In this document: positions 34,407 through 35,744 of the stretch, in pieces
Position numbering within the stretch: the stretch's first letter is position 1
Layout: every line of letters begins with the position of its first letter
From: Neovahlkampfia damariscottae
Lineage: Eukaryota
DNA: 35,744 nt
Reading direction: 5' to 3'
Assembly: GCA_016618085.1 (NCBI GenBank)
Contig: JABLTG010000184.1
Location: 1 to 35,744, forward strand
The notes under the pieces: generated by a model
Databases searched by the model: none
Told to the model about the DNA's origin: nothing
The model's input: the letters and a program-made list of their open reading frames with translations, nothing else
Translations under genes and position numbers: made by a program

Positions 34407-35151
34407 ATGGGAAGTAATTTGACAAAAGATGAAGTTGATCATGTTAGTAAAATACCTGACCAATCTAAGGAAGAAATAAAAAAGTATGTGATAATATTTG
34501 GATTGTCTGATTCAGGAAGAGTAACAAATTGATAATTTTTTTTTTATATTTTTCAAGATGACTTTGTTCAACTAAATAAAAAAAGAATTCTCAGAAAAAG
34601 AGAAGAGGATTTATAAAAAAGTAATCATTGAAAATTTGAATTTGATCTCTGAAAAAATTGACAACAATCCAATAAAAAACTCAAAAGAAATTTTAAACTT
34701 TTTTAAAAATGAAAATAACATAAAATTATTAACACAACAATTTTGGTCCAAATTTGGAAAACATCACATTCAAGACAGTTTTTTATTGTAATTTTTTCAA
34801 TTTTTTGTAATTTTTCACAACAGAATGGAGGAAAACATTGAAGAATTATTAAGGATGTCAGATACTTCAAATAACTTTTTTAACAAAAATTTACTTTTAT
34901 ACTTGTCAGTTCCTCTAGGAATACAGGAAACAACAATAGAACATCCAGAACACAAAATCAATCTATTTGCTTTTGGAGGTCAAAGAACAAGCAACAATTC
35001 GAAACTTATAACAAGAGCAATAGATAATTTAAAAATACCAATTTACCTTGTCAATCTAACAAATTACTTTAAAGTGCTTTTTGAAGATGAAAGTGTCTCA
35101 AGAATGGAAGAAAGTGTTCATTCATTGGAGGACATATTCAACGGCCAATGA
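34407..35151 (+). pseudogene. Divergent heterotrimeric G-protein alpha subunit gene, truncated before the G4/G5 motifs
   Basis: MGSNLT myristoylation-type start, GLSDSGR P-loop, GIQE, FAFGGQRT, LFEDESVSRMEES. Stops at TGA 35149-35151 with no NKxD. Confidence 0.75.
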
Positions 35152-35216
35152 ATTGATGGTTATTGTGATAAAAGTGGCCAATTAGATTTAATTTTGCCAG
35201 TTATTTTTACTTAAAG

Positions 35217-35253
35217 TTGTTCAAGTTGAACAAAAAAGACCTTTTGTTCAACT
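35217..35253. repeat. Overlapping inverted repeats / hairpin upstream of the Fanzor-like ORF
   Basis: AGTTGAACAAAA (35224-35235), a 6-nt loop, then TTTTGTTCAACT (35242-35253) form a perfect 12-bp stem. TTGTTCAA-G-TTGAACAA (35217-35233) is a second, overlapping palindrome. Confidence 0.9.
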
Positions 35254-35286
35254 AGAAAATACTGAAAAAGATCTCAAGTATTTAAA

Positions 35287-35744
35287 ATGTCCAAACAGCT
35301 CAAATTGGATTCATTTTGGAAAGAAAAAAATGTTACTTCAACATCAACAACAGAAGTGACAAAAAAGAGAAAACTTGAAGAAACAAAAGAAACAAGAAAT
35401 ATGAAATCAACATATAAACAAGGAAAAGATTCGTATCCTTTTTGGTGGACTAAAGAAAAAGAAGACATGCTACAAGTGAAAAGTATACCTTCAAGTTCTT
35501 CTTCAGTTGACAAGAATATTTGTTGGACAAAAAAGTTGGTAGAACAATCTTCATTAACAGAAGGTATTTTATTTTCATCAAAAGATGTTCCAAAAGAAAA
35601 CAATCAAGTTTCACATAAAACTGGTTTATCAAAAAAACAACTTGATACAGATGAAATTATTCGATCAAGAAAAATTCTTTTAAAACCAACAAGTGAACAA
35701 AAGAAAAAAATACAAGAATGGATGAGAATTACTCGATTCGTTTA
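35287..35744 (+). mobile_element. 5' part of a Fanzor2/TnpB-like RNA-guided endonuclease ORF, running off the window; not in the ORF track
   Basis: Open, intron-free frame from ATG 35287 to the window end: MSKQLKLDSFW...KKRKLEE...YPFWW...IIRSRKILLKPTSEQKKKIQEWMRITRFV(Y). The last segment matches the TnpB/Fanzor2 N-terminal signature KxRLxPxxxQxxxLxxWxGxxRxxYN. The RuvC domain lies outside the window. Confidence 0.75.

Noticed and set aside
35274..35632. Minus-strand ORFs of 109 and 60 aa
   Set aside because: They are antisense shadows of the + strand Fanzor-like frame, which the track omits because it has no stop in the window.
1..35744. Alternative genetic code (TGA=Trp or TAA=Gln)
   Set aside because: Conserved genes use TGG for Trp and end at TGA or TAA at the expected positions (QPCT, FN3K, CaCA, FBL, BUD13).

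Overview
AT-rich, very gene-dense eukaryotic (protist) DNA with tiny GT-AG introns (about 28-48 nt) and mostly short intergenic spacers carrying CCAAT boxes. Short introns, a 7TM-RGS protein, a myosin II-like gene and a Fanzor2-like ORF suggest a heterolobosean-type amoeba (inference). About 26 genes or gene remnants are present, including fibrillarin, BUD13, a Rab, an R2R3 Myb, a glutaminyl cyclase, a NifS/Sec-lyase-like enzyme, a Na/Ca exchanger and tRNA-Sec(UCA). The most striking feature is missed by the ORF track. An apparently non-coding 612-nt stretch (3085-3696, minus strand) inside a small ankyrin-repeat gene resolves exactly into 17 tiny GT-AG introns and 16 phase-0 micro-exons. Fourteen of these are single codons, one is 9 nt and one is 12 nt. 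Together they encode a Tyr-rich 21-aa insert in the ankyrin beta-hairpin loop, and every skipping combination stays in frame, so this is a candidate splicing-based combinatorial diversification system. The window ends in the N-terminus of a Fanzor2/TnpB-like ORF with a PIP box and NLS, preceded by a hairpin and abutting a truncated G-alpha gene. Other oddities are a catalytically degenerate tail-anchored myosin, a Cys-containing secreted collagen-like protein and several disrupted genes.
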